Source: a virus
Direction: 5' to 3' (one strand)
DNA length: 64,000 bases
Virus record (IMG/VR): IMGVR_UViG_3300044957_000729
The notes under the pieces are model-generated. The model searched no databases and was not told the DNA's origin. It saw only the letters and a program-made list of their open reading frames with translations. Each line of letters begins with the position of its first letter. The first letter of the stretch is position 1. Positions 9,965 through 20,638 of the stretch are shown here, piece by piece. Made by a program: the position numbers and the translations under genes.

Positions 9965-10237
9965 ATGAAAAAATATAGCCAGATAAAAGAGGGTCATACC
10001 TACAAGTATGACCTTTCTAATAGTAAAAAACTTTTAGAAGAGGCTATAGAAAGGATAAATCTAGTTAAGGAGGAATTCTCTAAATTAGAGGATGTAGATT
10101 TAGAAGAACTAGAAGAAGGCTGGAACCTTATAGATAAATACTACGGAAACGTTGTAAGAGGAGAGATATTCAAAAGAAAGAAAAAAAGATATATCCCAAA
10201 CACCTCTGCAGTTTTTCCAAGAAAAGGAGATAGTTAA
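9965..10237 (+). CDS. Hypothetical protein
   Basis: 90-aa ORF in operon arrangement. Confidence 0.55.
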   Translation: MKKYSQIKEGHTYKYDLSNSKKLLEEAIERINLVKEEFSKLEDVDLEELEEGWNLIDKYYGNVVRGEIFKRKKKRYIPNTSAVFPRKGDS

Positions 10238-10239
10238 TT

Positions 10240-10776
10240 ATGAAACATATAAAATTATTTGAGCATTTTTTAATGGAAGAAGACGGATTCGGTAGAGGCT
10301 TTTTTGCTAAAAGAAAGAACGGAAAAGTTTCCAAGTACTATTTTAAAATGGAAGGTGAGGAAGAAAATCTAGGATTTATCATCAATATAGGTAAACTTTC
10401 ACGTGGATCTTCTATAGATGAAGCAGAAAATAGTTATTGTGTTGTATCGGTAGAGCCAATTAAAATACGAATACTTGATGACTATTTAGTAAATGATACA
10501 GATTATAAGTCTAGAGAGGATGACGATTTTAATCTCACTAAATCAGAGTTTATGAGATTTTATAGTATCTTAAGTGAAGCAATAAAAGACTATTTACAAA
10601 ATAATCCTAAGGTCTCTAAAATCTATGACGAGATTACAATGAATCTGAGTGTGGATTTCTCTGAGTATAAAGACAGAGTAGAAACATTAATGGGAGAATG
10701 GAGCTACGAAAAATGGAGCGTTCAGGAAGGACCGGATGATGAAACTTTAATTTATACTAGAAGGGATCATGACTAA
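10240..10776 (+). CDS. Hypothetical protein with capsid-targeting-like N-terminus
   Basis: MKHIKLFEHFLMEE. Confidence 0.6.
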   Translation: MKHIKLFEHFLMEEDGFGRGFFAKRKNGKVSKYYFKMEGEEENLGFIINIGKLSRGSSIDEAENSYCVVSVEPIKIRILDDYLVNDTDYKSREDDDFNLTKSEFMRFYSILSEAIKDYLQNNPKVSKIYDEITMNLSVDFSEYKDRVETLMGEWSYEKWSVQEGPDDETLIYTRRDHD

Positions 10777-11080
10777 TAATATTCTTTCATATAAAGAATT
10801 TATAAATGAATCTAGGATTCCAATAGCTTGGGCTAAGCCATCAGCTACAACAATAAAGGTTCTTTCTTTTATAATGGAGAAAGAAAAAGTAACCAAAAGA
10901 GAACTTATGGAATTTCTAGATAGCATACCAGAAGATGCTTCCGGGAAAAAGCCTTCTATGAATTGGATTAGAGGTCAAAAAAAGTATATCAAATATAAAG
11001 TACAGGAGGAGGAAGCAAACTATTTTTCACTAACAACTCTGGGTAAAAGAATTCTAAAAGCATCTAGCGTAAACGAATAA
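10769..11080 (+). CDS. Possible winged-helix protein with capsid-targeting-like N-terminus
   Basis: NILSYKEFINES; C-terminal YFSLTTLGKRIL resembles the end of a wHTH wing. Confidence 0.5.
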   Translation: MTNNILSYKEFINESRIPIAWAKPSATTIKVLSFIMEKEKVTKRELMEFLDSIPEDASGKKPSMNWIRGQKKYIKYKVQEEEANYFSLTTLGKRILKASSVNE

Positions 11081-11156
11081 ATCGTATATTTTTTTACTAA
11101 ATCCTTTAAAAAATTAAACATTTTAATAGATTTGCGGTAGAATAATATATTTAGAA

Positions 11157-11336
11157 ATGGAAAATTACGAAAAAATCAAGGAATTAGTAGAAAGCATGTC
11201 TAAAGATATGGAAGCTTTTTACGTAAAAGGTAACAAGTCTGCTGGTACACGTGTAAGAACTGCTTGTCAAGAGCTTAAGAAACTAGCTCAAGATTTAAGA
11301 ATTAATGTACAAGAAACTAAAAACACTAAAGCTTAA
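11157..11336 (+). CDS. Histone H1-like (Hc1 family) small protein, 59 aa; not in the ORF track
   Basis: MENYEKIKELVESMSKDMEAFYVKGNKSAGTRVRTACQELKKLAQDLR contains the GNKxAGTRxR signature. Confidence 0.8.
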   Translation: MENYEKIKELVESMSKDMEAFYVKGNKSAGTRVRTACQELKKLAQDLRINVQETKNTKA

Positions 11337-11341
11337 TCTTT

Positions 11342-11572
11342 ATGGGTTACTATATTTGTAAAGTTAGCTTTTTTACTGGTAAGGTTTCTAAAAGTACCAG
11401 TAAGGCAAAGGCATCTAGATCTGAAATACTTGTAGAGGCGGAGAATGTAACTGATGCTGAAGCAACCCTTCACAAGCACTTAGCTGGTGATAATGCAACT
11501 GCTCATTTAGATTTCTAAGTTACTTCAGTAGCACAGTCTAAAATCGAGTCTATAGTACAGAATAGAGGTTAA
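11342..11572 (+). pseudogene. DUF4494-like small protein interrupted by an in-frame TAA at 11516
   Basis: YYICKVSF...EILVEAENVTDAEA...LDF*VTSVAQSKIESIV; family-like pattern continues past the stop. Confidence 0.55.
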
Positions 11573-11638
11573 AAAATATAATCCACGATGGATATATAAT
11601 CTATCGGGGATTTTTGTATTCCCTAATTGAATTAAACT

Positions 11639-11812
11639 ATGGGAAAACATAAAAAAGAATCTGCGGAGACCAGTTCATATGAACCTCCTGTTTCTCCAGT
11701 AAAAATACCAAAGGGGGATAAGGGGTTTAATATAGTTAAAAATAATTACAGAAGATTTATTTGGACTTGGAATCAATACACGGATAAAAGGCCCAAGTTT
11801 CAAAAAACGTAG
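11639..11812 (+). CDS. Small hypothetical protein (57 aa)
   Basis: ATG downstream of GATATATA at about 11591; MGKHKKES...RRFIWTWNQY. Confidence 0.45.
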   Translation: MGKHKKESAETSSYEPPVSPVKIPKGDKGFNIVKNNYRRFIWTWNQYTDKRPKFQKT

Positions 11813-11816
11813 TGAT

Positions 11817-12161
11817 ATGCCAGCAGTTTCTAAAACACAACAGAGATTAATGGGACAAGCCCACGGGGTCAGAAAATTCTTGGACACCAATGGGAAAGAG
11901 GGTTTGAACCCAAGAAAGATTGATTCAGTATACAGGGAAACTATAGTGGAGATAGCTAAGAACATGAAGAAAAAAGCTCTTAAGGATTACGCTAGCACTA
12001 AACACTCTAACCTTCCAGAGGAAGTTGAGGAAGTAGAAGAGGGGATTGCTACTATAATACCGCATCTTAGTCCCGAGTCTAATAAGCCTAAGAAGTCTAA
12101 AGCAAAAAAGATGCAGAATCTTTCTGATTATAGAGAATTTGTAACTAAAATAAAAAAATAA
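11817..12161 (+). CDS. DUF3008-like protein
   Basis: MPAVSKTQQRLMG...LKDYASTKHSNLPE. Confidence 0.6.
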   Translation: MPAVSKTQQRLMGQAHGVRKFLDTNGKEGLNPRKIDSVYRETIVEIAKNMKKKALKDYASTKHSNLPEEVEEVEEGIATIIPHLSPESNKPKKSKAKKMQNLSDYREFVTKIKK

Positions 12162-12162
12162 T

Positions 12163-12630
12163 ATGAGTGAAGATTGCGGATGTGGCGGAGTCACAGATAA
12201 TATCAGAAGCTATGATTCTTATAGAGCTTCTAAATACGACCAAGATTCTTTAGTTGGTAAAAGAGTTTCTCTTATAGATGGAAGAAGCGGAAGAATCGAT
12301 GATTCTATTAGAAACAGTGTTGGCGAGGTGATAGGATATGTTATAGAAGGCGAAAGAGGTATGTATAGGGTGTTTAAAGATAAGATCTCTAGCGAACTTG
12401 AAGAAAGCGGGGGCGCTATGGCTTCTTTAGCGGGAACCCTCGGAATGGGTAACGTTGTGCCTCCTGGACCCGGGAGAACTGGATCTGGGGATCAATTTCC
12501 TAGTTTAACTGTGGGTACACCTGCAGCTAAAAAAAAGAAGAAAAAGGTTTCTAAAGAAACACCTAATCCAATAAGTAACTCGTTGATGGATTTTAAAACT
12601 TTCCAAAGAGCATCAAAATCGAACCAATAA
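12163..12630 (+). CDS. Hypothetical protein
   Basis: 155-aa ORF with a Gly-rich segment and poly-Lys. Confidence 0.55.
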   Translation: MSEDCGCGGVTDNIRSYDSYRASKYDQDSLVGKRVSLIDGRSGRIDDSIRNSVGEVIGYVIEGERGMYRVFKDKISSELEESGGAMASLAGTLGMGNVVPPGPGRTGSGDQFPSLTVGTPAAKKKKKKVSKETPNPISNSLMDFKTFQRASKSNQ

Positions 12631-12655
12631 TATTTATTTTTCTTAATTTAGCTAT

Positions 12656-13042
12656 GTGCAAAGAATTAAGATAATACAGGAAGAATATGCTAATGATCCT
12701 TGGAAAGTTTTAGTATGCTGTATATTACTTAATCAAACTAGTAATAAACAGGTAAGACCTTTAATAGAAAGCTTCTTTAAAAGATGGTCAAATCCTAAAT
12801 CTCTAATGTATGAGGATGATATGACCATTTCTGATTTTATAAAGGCCACAGGATTTCAAAACATAAAAGCAAAAAGAATAAAAAATTTCTCTCATGCTTG
12901 GTATTCTGGTATAAGAGATCCTTTTAAGTTTCCTGGTATAGGAGATTATGGAAGGGAAGCCTGGCGGATTTTTGTAACCAAAGACACATCATTTATTCCT
13001 AAGGATAAGAAGCTTAAAATGTATTTAGAATCGATTCAGTAA
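12656..13042 (+). CDS. MBD4-like HhH-GPD DNA glycosylase
   Basis: IQEEYANDPWKVLVCCILLNQT...PGIGDYGREAWRIF...PKDKKLKMY parallels the MBD4 catalytic domain. Confidence 0.8.
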   Translation: MQRIKIIQEEYANDPWKVLVCCILLNQTSNKQVRPLIESFFKRWSNPKSLMYEDDMTISDFIKATGFQNIKAKRIKNFSHAWYSGIRDPFKFPGIGDYGREAWRIFVTKDTSFIPKDKKLKMYLESIQ

Positions 13043-13052
13043 TATATACTAC

Positions 13053-13634
13053 ATGAATCATCTATTTACGTTTCAACAGCTTTTTGAAAAGCTTCAAATG
13101 GTAACAGCTAACTGGGCAGTAGTAAGCAACGAATCTTCTTTTGAAAAGAAAGATGAGAATGGATATTTAGTTTTTAGTAAAAATGGAACATTCTCAATTA
13201 TATACAACAAGAAAAAAGAGAACGAAGAAGCTAGGATAGAATTTTATTCTAGTAAAGAAAATTCAACGGATAAAAAATCAGTTTGTGAGTGTAAAATAAC
13301 TACTACTTCGGGATCTGACAGAGTAAAAAAAGGATTTCCTGATATCACACCAGATAATATGTGGGATATATTGGTGACTTTCTTTGATTACAGTGATCTC
13401 GAGAAAGTAGATAAAAATGCGGTAGATGTATTCATGATGGGATTCACTAAATCTATCAAAGAGGTTAATAGGAGTGAGGAAAAAGATCAGCTAGCACCTT
13501 CATTTAAAGTTTTCTATAAATATTTAAGCGAGTGGAGTAAGAAATCTAAAGAAATTCCTCCGGTTACCACTGACGAGTATAATTTCATGGATATAATAAA
13601 CAAATTTGCTTCCTATTTTAAATCAAACAAATAA
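13053..13634 (+). CDS. Hypothetical protein with capsid-targeting-like N-terminus
   Basis: MNHLFTFQQLFE; AATATATA upstream. Confidence 0.55.
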   Translation: MNHLFTFQQLFEKLQMVTANWAVVSNESSFEKKDENGYLVFSKNGTFSIIYNKKKENEEARIEFYSSKENSTDKKSVCECKITTTSGSDRVKKGFPDITPDNMWDILVTFFDYSDLEKVDKNAVDVFMMGFTKSIKEVNRSEEKDQLAPSFKVFYKYLSEWSKKSKEIPPVTTDEYNFMDIINKFASYFKSNK

Positions 13635-13940
13635 TTAGATTGATTCTTTCTTTTTGAGTTGTTCTAGATAGTCTTTCCAGACAAGTCCACCCTCTTTAAT
13701 TCCTGCTTTTTGAAATTTATGGAGCTCTGCTCTTTTAGACATTATATAGGAAGCTATAATTGCGTCCTTCAATTCTATTTCTTTTCGATCTAGCATTTCC
13801 TGAACCTTTTTAATTGATTTCATTGCTTCATCCCTGTTAGCAAATCTAAGGCCTGGGGTATACTTCCTTTCTCCGTCAAAAGGATTTACGTCTTTTAGGT
13901 ATACATCCTCGAATAATTTGAAAGATAGAATTTTTTTCAC
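13635..13940 (-). CDS. Hypothetical protein with capsid-targeting-like N-terminus
   Basis: MKKILSFKLFE (GTG start); AATATATA upstream on the minus strand. Confidence 0.55.
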   Translation of the reverse strand: MKKILSFKLFEDVYLKDVNPFDGERKYTPGLRFANRDEAMKSIKKVQEMLDRKEIELKDAIIASYIMSKRAELHKFQKAGIKEGGLVWKDYLEQLKKKESI

Positions 13941-13992
13941 CTATTATATATTCCTTTTTGAAACCTCTTCCCTACAACACTATAAAATAGAT

Positions 13993-15399
13993 ATGATCAT
14001 AGATATTGAGAATACAGGAAATGGATTATCTGTTTCACATTATACAGAGGAAGGAGAAGTTAATTTATTGAAAATTCAGGTACCAAAGCATCTACAATTT
14101 GTTTGGCAAAAAACATTGGAGAACGACAAAAGTAAAGATAAGGAATGGAGGTCGTGGGACAATTTTCCTGTGAAGAAAGTTAACACTAGTAAGTTTGACA
14201 AGTATAGGGTGGTAGAAATATTAGAAGCTATAGATCCTGAAATAACAAAACCCCTTTGGGATTACCAAACTCCAAAAAAATACTTTGTCGATATAGAGGT
14301 TGAAATCACGGATAATCGTGCAGATTCTTTAGATAATGAAAACTCTAAGAACCGGGTGCTTTCAATAGGAATGGCTTCTTCACAGGGAAAGATCCTTGTT
14401 ATTGGACTTGAAGATATTCTTCAGGATAAAATATTAAAAATAGAGAAAAGGATAAAGGAGCACTTTAAAGATCAAGCAGGGGAATGGACTTTTAATTATA
14501 GGAAGTTTGAGACTGAGTTTGATATGCTTTATACTTTCTTCTCTAAGCTAGTTCCTAAGATGCCTTTGATAACTGGGTGGAACTGGTTTGGATATGACTG
14601 GCCTTATCTTATCAATAGAGCAAAAAGATTAGGAATAGATCCAAAAATAGCTTCACCTAGTGGAATTCTCTTAGGAATGAATCAGATTCCGATGCACATT
14701 TTAATGGTTGACTATCTTGACATCTATAAGAAATGGGATAGGGTCATAAAGATCAGAGAATCTAACTCATTAGACTACGTTGCTAATCAAGCTATAGGAA
14801 TAAAAAAGATTTCTTATAGTGGAACATTAAAAGATTTATACGAATCAGATTTTGAGACATTTATCTTTTATAACGCAGTCGACTGTGCTTTAGTCCATTA
14901 TATAGATAAAAGGTTGGACACCCTTTCAACTTTCTTTAAAATTGCCGAAGTTAGTAGAGTGGAAATAAACAGAGCTTTATCCCCGGTATGGACTACTGAG
15001 GTACTGATGCTAAGAAAATTCTTGGAAAGAAAAAGAGTTATTGTCAACGAGAGAAAAGGAGAATCTCATGTAAAGTTTGAGGGAGCTTATGTTAAGAAGC
15101 CAGAGAAGGGATTATACGAATGGATTGCTTGTTTTGACTTTGCCTCCCTATATCCTAATACAATGATGCAATGGGGAATTTCTCCTGAGGCTTACATAGG
15201 AAAAAATCTAAAGGAAATACCTGAAGGAGCAATAAAGACCTCCTCGGGAGCAGTTTTTTATAATAAAGATGGGCAAGAACCTATACTTAGAGAAATATTG
15301 AAAGGACTTTATTCTCAAAGAAAAGCTACTAAGAAAAAATATTTTGAGTGTGAAAAGGAAATAGAAAAAATTAAAAAAGAAATAAAATTAAAATCATAA
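13993..15399 (+). CDS. polB: Family B DNA polymerase, N-terminal subunit (3'-5' exonuclease, motif A, first fingers helix)
   Basis: ExoI DIEVE, ExoII GWNWFGYDWPY, ExoIII YNAVD, motif A FDFASLYP; stops before motif B. Confidence 0.9.
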   Translation: MIIDIENTGNGLSVSHYTEEGEVNLLKIQVPKHLQFVWQKTLENDKSKDKEWRSWDNFPVKKVNTSKFDKYRVVEILEAIDPEITKPLWDYQTPKKYFVDIEVEITDNRADSLDNENSKNRVLSIGMASSQGKILVIGLEDILQDKILKIEKRIKEHFKDQAGEWTFNYRKFETEFDMLYTFFSKLVPKMPLITGWNWFGYDWPYLINRAKRLGIDPKIASPSGILLGMNQIPMHILMVDYLDIYKKWDRVIKIRESNSLDYVANQAIGIKKISYSGTLKDLYESDFETFIFYNAVDCALVHYIDKRLDTLSTFFKIAEVSRVEINRALSPVWTTEVLMLRKFLERKRVIVNERKGESHVKFEGAYVKKPEKGLYEWIACFDFASLYPNTMMQWGISPEAYIGKNLKEIPEGAIKTSSGAVFYNKDGQEPILREILKGLYSQRKATKKKYFECEKEIEKIKKEIKLKS

Positions 15400-15402
15400 A
15401 TT

Positions 15403-15867
15403 ATGGCAAACACAGATAACAAATGTTCAGATCTTTCGGTGGAGGATTTTTACACGGGGTCTGAAGACACTTTAGGATTAGTTTACAACAAACAAAAAGA
15501 ACTCCAGGAAAGGTATGGGTTCGATTTCAAAGATTGGTCTATCAAACAGATATCAGATTTTTGGATGGTCAATAAGCACGCACTTGGTGATGAACTAAAT
15601 GAAATGTTCGATGCACTGGGAGGAATTAACGATGGTATAGGATCTGCTGGTTGGAAATACTGGAAAGGCGACAACAAAAAAACAGAGACTATGAAAATCT
15701 CAGATCTTTCAGAAGCTGACAAGTTGGAGCTATATTATGAGTGGATAGACGGATTACATTTTTATATGAACTTCGCTATTTCTATTGGTATGACAAGTAA
15801 GGATATTGTTAATCTTTATATGTCTAAACATAAAGAAAATCATAGAAGACAGGATTCAGGATATTAA
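15403..15867 (+). CDS. Dimeric dUTPase / T4 gp56-like dCTPase
   Basis: QKELQ...ELNEMFDALGG...WKYWK...YEWIDGLHF...ENHRRQDSGY. Confidence 0.75.
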   Translation: MANTDNKCSDLSVEDFYTGSEDTLGLVYNKQKELQERYGFDFKDWSIKQISDFWMVNKHALGDELNEMFDALGGINDGIGSAGWKYWKGDNKKTETMKISDLSEADKLELYYEWIDGLHFYMNFAISIGMTSKDIVNLYMSKHKENHRRQDSGY

Positions 15868-15902
15868 AATACAGATTCTCGTATTTCTTTGATATATAAA
15901 AA

Positions 15903-16765
15903 ATGAAAGCTTTTGTATATCTTTGGACTAATAGTAAAAATCTTATGTTGAATCTCATATAGGAGATATGGATGATGGATACATAGGATCTGGTAAATAT
16001 TTTATTAATTCATATAATAAAAATCCTGAATTTTTTTCAAGAGAGATATTGGAGGTTATAGAAGGTCCATACGTAAAGGAAAGAATAAAAGAAAGATAGG
16101 AATATTATTTAGATCTTTATAAGGTTTCAAAAGATCCTCTATATTATAACATAAGTAATAGGTATTTTGGAGGCGATGTTTATTCTGGATTAAGCGAGGA
16201 GGATAAAAAAAATATGATTAATAAAACAGTCGAAAAAACTAATGAAGATAGAATTAATAATCCGGAAAAATGGAAAATGATATACAGTAAAATGTCCAAA
16301 TCAAAAAGGGATAAATCATTACCAGTTAATCAGTTTGATAGTGAAGGAGTATTTATTAATTCTTATTCATGTATAGAAGAAGCACATGAAATAACTGGAA
16401 TATCTAAAGGAAATATCCATTCCGCTATAACAGGTAAGAGAAATAGTGCAGGTGGATTTAGATGGTCGTTTACAAAAGAACCGAATAACATTGTTAGTAA
16501 AAAATGTGGAAGGCCTAATGGAATTAAGAATAAGATTAAGATTGAAAGATCACATACTAATATAAGAAAAATGCAGGTAACTCAATATGATTTGTTTGGT
16601 AATTTAATTAAGATTTGGGAATCAGCATCCGAAGCATCTAAAGAATTGGCCCTAAGCTCCGGATGTATAACACATTTTGTTAATGGAAGAAAACCAAAGT
16701 CTGGAAACTATGGTGGATTTATATGGGAAAAAGGAAATTATATCACATATACTATATACGAGTAA
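15903..16765 (+). pseudogene. Decayed Seg-like GIY-YIG homing endonuclease with NUMOD1 repeats
   Basis: MKAFVYLWTN, frameshift near 15938, SYVESHIGDMDDGYIGSG, in-frame TAG at 16097, then the 16214 ORF with two NUMOD1 motifs. Confidence 0.8.
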
Positions 16766-16796
16766 TAAAATAATATTAATATATAAAATAAAAAAA

Positions 16797-17777
16797 ATGG
16801 AAAAATTATTGACACCCAATCCTAAAAGATTCTCGTTGTTTCCCGTTCAACATCACGACATGTGGACAATGTATAAAACAGCTGAAGCATCTTTTTGGAC
16901 AGTAGAAGAAATAGATCTAGCTCAAGATATAACACACTGGAGAGATAAATTAAACGATAACGAGAGATATTTTATTAAGCATGTAATTGCTTTCTTTAAT
17001 AACTCCGATGGAATTGTAAATGAAAATTTAGCTGCAAACTTTTTTAATCAAGTACAATATCCAGAGGCAAGATGCTTTTATGGATTCCAATTAGCAATAG
17101 AGAACATTCACGGAGAAACGTATTCTCTTCTTATTGATTCCTATATAAGAGACGGAGAAGAAAAGGAACATCTATTTAATGCTATTGATACTGTTCCCTC
17201 AGTCAAAAGAAAAGCTGATTGGGCTATGAAATGGATAGAGAAAGGGTCATTCATAGAAACATTAATTGCTTTTGCTGCTGTGGAAGGAATCTTCTTTTCT
17301 GGATCATTTTGTTCCATCTTCTGGTTAAAGAAAAGAGGACTAATGCCAGGACTATGTTTTGCTAATGAACTAATATCTAGAGATGAAGGATTACATTGTG
17401 ATTTTGCTTGTTTACTTTACACTAGTCACATCGAAAACAAACTTCCAGAAGAAACAGTTGTCAAGATAATTAGTGAAGCTGTAGAGATCGAAAAAGAGTT
17501 TGTTACTTCATCATTACCTGTAAGACTTATTGGAATGAACTCTGAGCTTATGTGTCAATATATAGAATTCGTTGCTGATCGTTTGCTAATTTCTTTAGGG
17601 TGTAATAAGATTTATAATAATAAATGTCCTTTTGATTTTATGGTTAACATAGCCCTTGAAAACAAAGGTAACTTCTTTGAAGGAAGAGTGGGTTCATACC
17701 AAAAATCCGGTGTTATGGACAGTACTAAAGACAATAAAGATTCTGGTAAATCCTTTACTATGGATGCTGACTTTTAA
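16797..17777 (+). CDS. nrdB: Ribonucleotide reductase class Ia beta subunit
   Basis: [37 protein letters not shown]. Confidence 0.95.
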   Translation: MEKLLTPNPKRFSLFPVQHHDMWTMYKTAEASFWTVEEIDLAQDITHWRDKLNDNERYFIKHVIAFFNNSDGIVNENLAANFFNQVQYPEARCFYGFQLAIENIHGETYSLLIDSYIRDGEEKEHLFNAIDTVPSVKRKADWAMKWIEKGSFIETLIAFAAVEGIFFSGSFCSIFWLKKRGLMPGLCFANELISRDEGLHCDFACLLYTSHIENKLPEETVVKIISEAVEIEKEFVTSSLPVRLIGMNSELMCQYIEFVADRLLISLGCNKIYNNKCPFDFMVNIALENKGNFFEGRVGSYQKSGVMDSTKDNKDSGKSFTMDADF

Positions 17778-17828
17778 TTTGGTAACAGATCCCCAATTGA
17801 ATATATATAAGGCATATAATTAACAACT

Positions 17829-18155
17829 GTGGCTCAGAAAACTAGATCTCAATTTAAAGTAATATTTTCCCAAGGAAATATCCTAAATCAACAGGATTTC
17901 CATGACTTTATAGATAGTTATTGGAACTTGCCCGATGATGGTTCTTTTACTGGGATAACTGGGCCTTCTGGACCTACCGGACCTACTGGATATGGTGTTC
18001 AAGGAGCAACCGGGCCAACAGGTGACACGATGTTAACATCAGTTCCTGGTGCAACCTCAACAACTGGAACAACTGGAAATTATGCAGCTGGTTCCGGAGC
18101 TTTCTATTTTCATGACGGCTCCCAATGGTGGAAGGTTAACGGTACAGGATTTTAA
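17829..18155 (+). CDS. Small collagen-like (G-x-T) fibre/adaptor-type protein
   Basis: N-terminal [11 protein letters not shown] motif, GPTGPTG repeats, [11 protein letters not shown]. Confidence 0.55.
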   Translation: MAQKTRSQFKVIFSQGNILNQQDFHDFIDSYWNLPDDGSFTGITGPSGPTGPTGYGVQGATGPTGDTMLTSVPGATSTTGTTGNYAAGSGAFYFHDGSQWWKVNGTGF

Positions 18156-18263
18156 TTTTTATTTGTATCATAAATACAGATACACAAAGCTCACAATTCT
18201 TAAAAAATATTAAAAGAATCGAAACTAACTGTCGACTAAAAAATAAAAAAATAAACTTGTAAA

Positions 18264-20630
18264 ATGGAAGTAATAAAAAGAGATGGCTCTAGGGAAAGAG
18301 TGAAACTAGATAAGATTCTTAACCGAGTTAAAAAGCAGTGTTATGGATTAAATATGGACTATATAGAGACGATGGAGATAGCAAAAAAGGTTATACATGG
18401 ACTTTATGATGGAATTACTTCCGTAGAATTAGATACATTAGCTGCTGAAACTGCTGCAGCATTAACCCCTACACATCCAGACTACTCTATATTGGCTTCT
18501 AGGATTTGTGTTACATCCTTACATAAAAGAACTCCAAAAAGTTTTTCCCTAGTTATTGAGCAACTCTATAATTACATTGATCCTAGAACAGGATTGAAAG
18601 CACCTATGATTGCTGATGATGTCTACGAGATCATCATGAATAATTCAAAAGATATAGATTCTCAAATAATAACTGATAGAGATTTGGAATATGATTATTT
18701 TGGGTTCAAAACTCTGGAAAAATCATATCTATTAAAAATAGATGGTCTTCCAGCAGAAAGACCACAGCAAATGTTAATGAGAGTAGCGATAGGAATTCAT
18801 AAAAATGATTTGACCTCTGCTTATAAGACATACGATTTAATGAGTCAGGGATATTTTACTCACGCAACACCTACATTGTTTAACTCTGGTACTAGAAGAC
18901 CACAGCTTTCTTCTTGTTTTTTAGTTTCAATGGATGATGATTCGATCCGGGGAATTTATAAAACTCTTTCGGATGTAGCTCATATTTCTAAGAATGCAGG
19001 AGGTATTGGATTACACATACACAACGTAAGAGGTACAGGAGCTTACATTAGAGGCACTAACGGAACATCTAATGGTATTATCCCGATGCTTAAGGTGTTC
19101 AATGAGACTGCAAGATATGTTGACCAGGGGGGAGGAAGAAGAAAAGGATCCTTTGCTGTTTATTTAGAGCCTTGGCATTGTGACGTTGAAGATTTTTTAA
19201 ATCTTAGAAAAAATCACGGTAAGGAAGAAATGAGAGCTAGAGATCTTTTCTTGGCTTTATGGACGCCTGATTTATTTATGGAGAGAGTAAGAGAAAACGG
19301 GGATTGGACGTTATTCTCACCAGACGAAGCCCCTGGATTAGATGACTGCTATGGAGAGGAGTTCAATAAGCTTTATACTAAATATGAATCTGAAGGAAAG
19401 GGTAGAAAAACTGTAAAAGCTCAAGATCTATGGTATAAAATTATAGAGGCACAGATAGAAACTGGAACACCTTATATTCTCTACAAGGATTCTGCTAACG
19501 GTAAGTCAAATCAAAAGAATTTAGGTACAATTAAATCATCTAATCTTTGTACGGAAATTATAGAGTACTCAGATGCTAAAGAAACTGCAGTTTGTAACCT
19601 TGCTTCCATTGCCCTTCCTAAATTTATTATACCGGGTAAGAAACCTAAGTATGATTTTAATGCACTCAAAGATATAGCATATACGGCTACAATAAATCTT
19701 AATAGAGTAATAGATGTTAATTATTATCCTACTAAGGAGACCAAGACTTCTAATATGAAGCACAGACCTATAGGTATAGGCGTACAGGGATTAGCAGATA
19801 CTTTTGCTATATTAAAAATACCTTTCGATTCTGAAGAAGCTAAGCAATTAGATAGAGAAATGTTTGAAGCAATATATTATGGTGCTATGTGTGCTTCTGT
19901 CGATCTTGCAGAGAAAGAGGGAGCATACCAATCTTTTAAAGGATCTCCTCTATCTAAAGGATTATTTCAATTTGATCTATGGGATGAAAAACCTAGTACA
20001 AGGTGGGATTGGGAGGAATTAAGAGAAAAAGTTAAAACACATGGTGCTAGAAACTCTTTATTACTTGCACCAATGCCTACTGCATCGACTAGTCAGATTC
20101 TAGGTAACAATGAATGTTTTGAACCTTTCACTTCTAATATCTATATTAGAAAAACACTATCTGGAGAATTTCCAGTAGTTAATAAACATCTTGTTAAAGA
20201 TTTAGTTAAGCTTGGATTATGGAATGAATCATTAAGGGATAAGATTATTATTAATAACGGATCAGTTCAGGATATACCAGAAATACCAGAGGAACTTAAA
20301 TCTATCTACAAAACTGCTTGGGAAATGAGTCAGAAGATTATAATAGATCACGCTGCTATTAGGTCTCCGTTCATCTGTCAGAGTCAGAGTATGAATCTTT
20401 TTGTACAGGATGCTAATTTTGCTAAACTATCTTCAGCACATTTTTATGGGTGGTCTAAAGGGTTAAAAACCGGAAGCTATTATATCAGAACTAAAGCTGC
20501 TTCAACAGCTATAAAGGGATTAGGGATAGATACTAGTAAAACAGAGGACATAAAAACGGAGGAAGACAATTATAGCGATCTAGTTTGTAGTATTGATAAT
20601 CCTGGAGATTGTAAAGCCTGTGGATCATAA
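18264..20630 (+). CDS. nrdA: Ribonucleotide reductase class Ia alpha subunit with ATP cone
   Basis: [39 protein letters not shown]-terminal CxxC. Confidence 0.97.
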   Translation: MEVIKRDGSRERVKLDKILNRVKKQCYGLNMDYIETMEIAKKVIHGLYDGITSVELDTLAAETAAALTPTHPDYSILASRICVTSLHKRTPKSFSLVIEQLYNYIDPRTGLKAPMIADDVYEIIMNNSKDIDSQIITDRDLEYDYFGFKTLEKSYLLKIDGLPAERPQQMLMRVAIGIHKNDLTSAYKTYDLMSQGYFTHATPTLFNSGTRRPQLSSCFLVSMDDDSIRGIYKTLSDVAHISKNAGGIGLHIHNVRGTGAYIRGTNGTSNGIIPMLKVFNETARYVDQGGGRRKGSFAVYLEPWHCDVEDFLNLRKNHGKEEMRARDLFLALWTPDLFMERVRENGDWTLFSPDEAPGLDDCYGEEFNKLYTKYESEGKGRKTVKAQDLWYKIIEAQIETGTPYILYKDSANGKSNQKNLGTIKSSNLCTEIIEYSDAKETAVCNLASIALPKFIIPGKKPKYDFNALKDIAYTATINLNRVIDVNYYPTKETKTSNMKHRPIGIGVQGLADTFAILKIPFDSEEAKQLDREMFEAIYYGAMCASVDLAEKEGAYQSFKGSPLSKGLFQFDLWDEKPSTRWDWEELREKVKTHGARNSLLLAPMPTASTSQILGNNECFEPFTSNIYIRKTLSGEFPVVNKHLVKDLVKLGLWNESLRDKIIINNGSVQDIPEIPEELKSIYKTAWEMSQKIIIDHAAIRSPFICQSQSMNLFVQDANFAKLSSAHFYGWSKGLKTGSYYIRTKAASTAIKGLGIDTSKTEDIKTEEDNYSDLVCSIDNPGDCKACGS

Positions 20631-20638
20631 ATAAAATT

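Noticed and set aside
16097-16099. In-frame TAG suggesting stop-codon reassignment (genetic code 15)
   Set aside because: TAG cleanly ends many conserved genes here (2445, 8327, 9963, 22576, 26509), and the same ORF also has a frameshift
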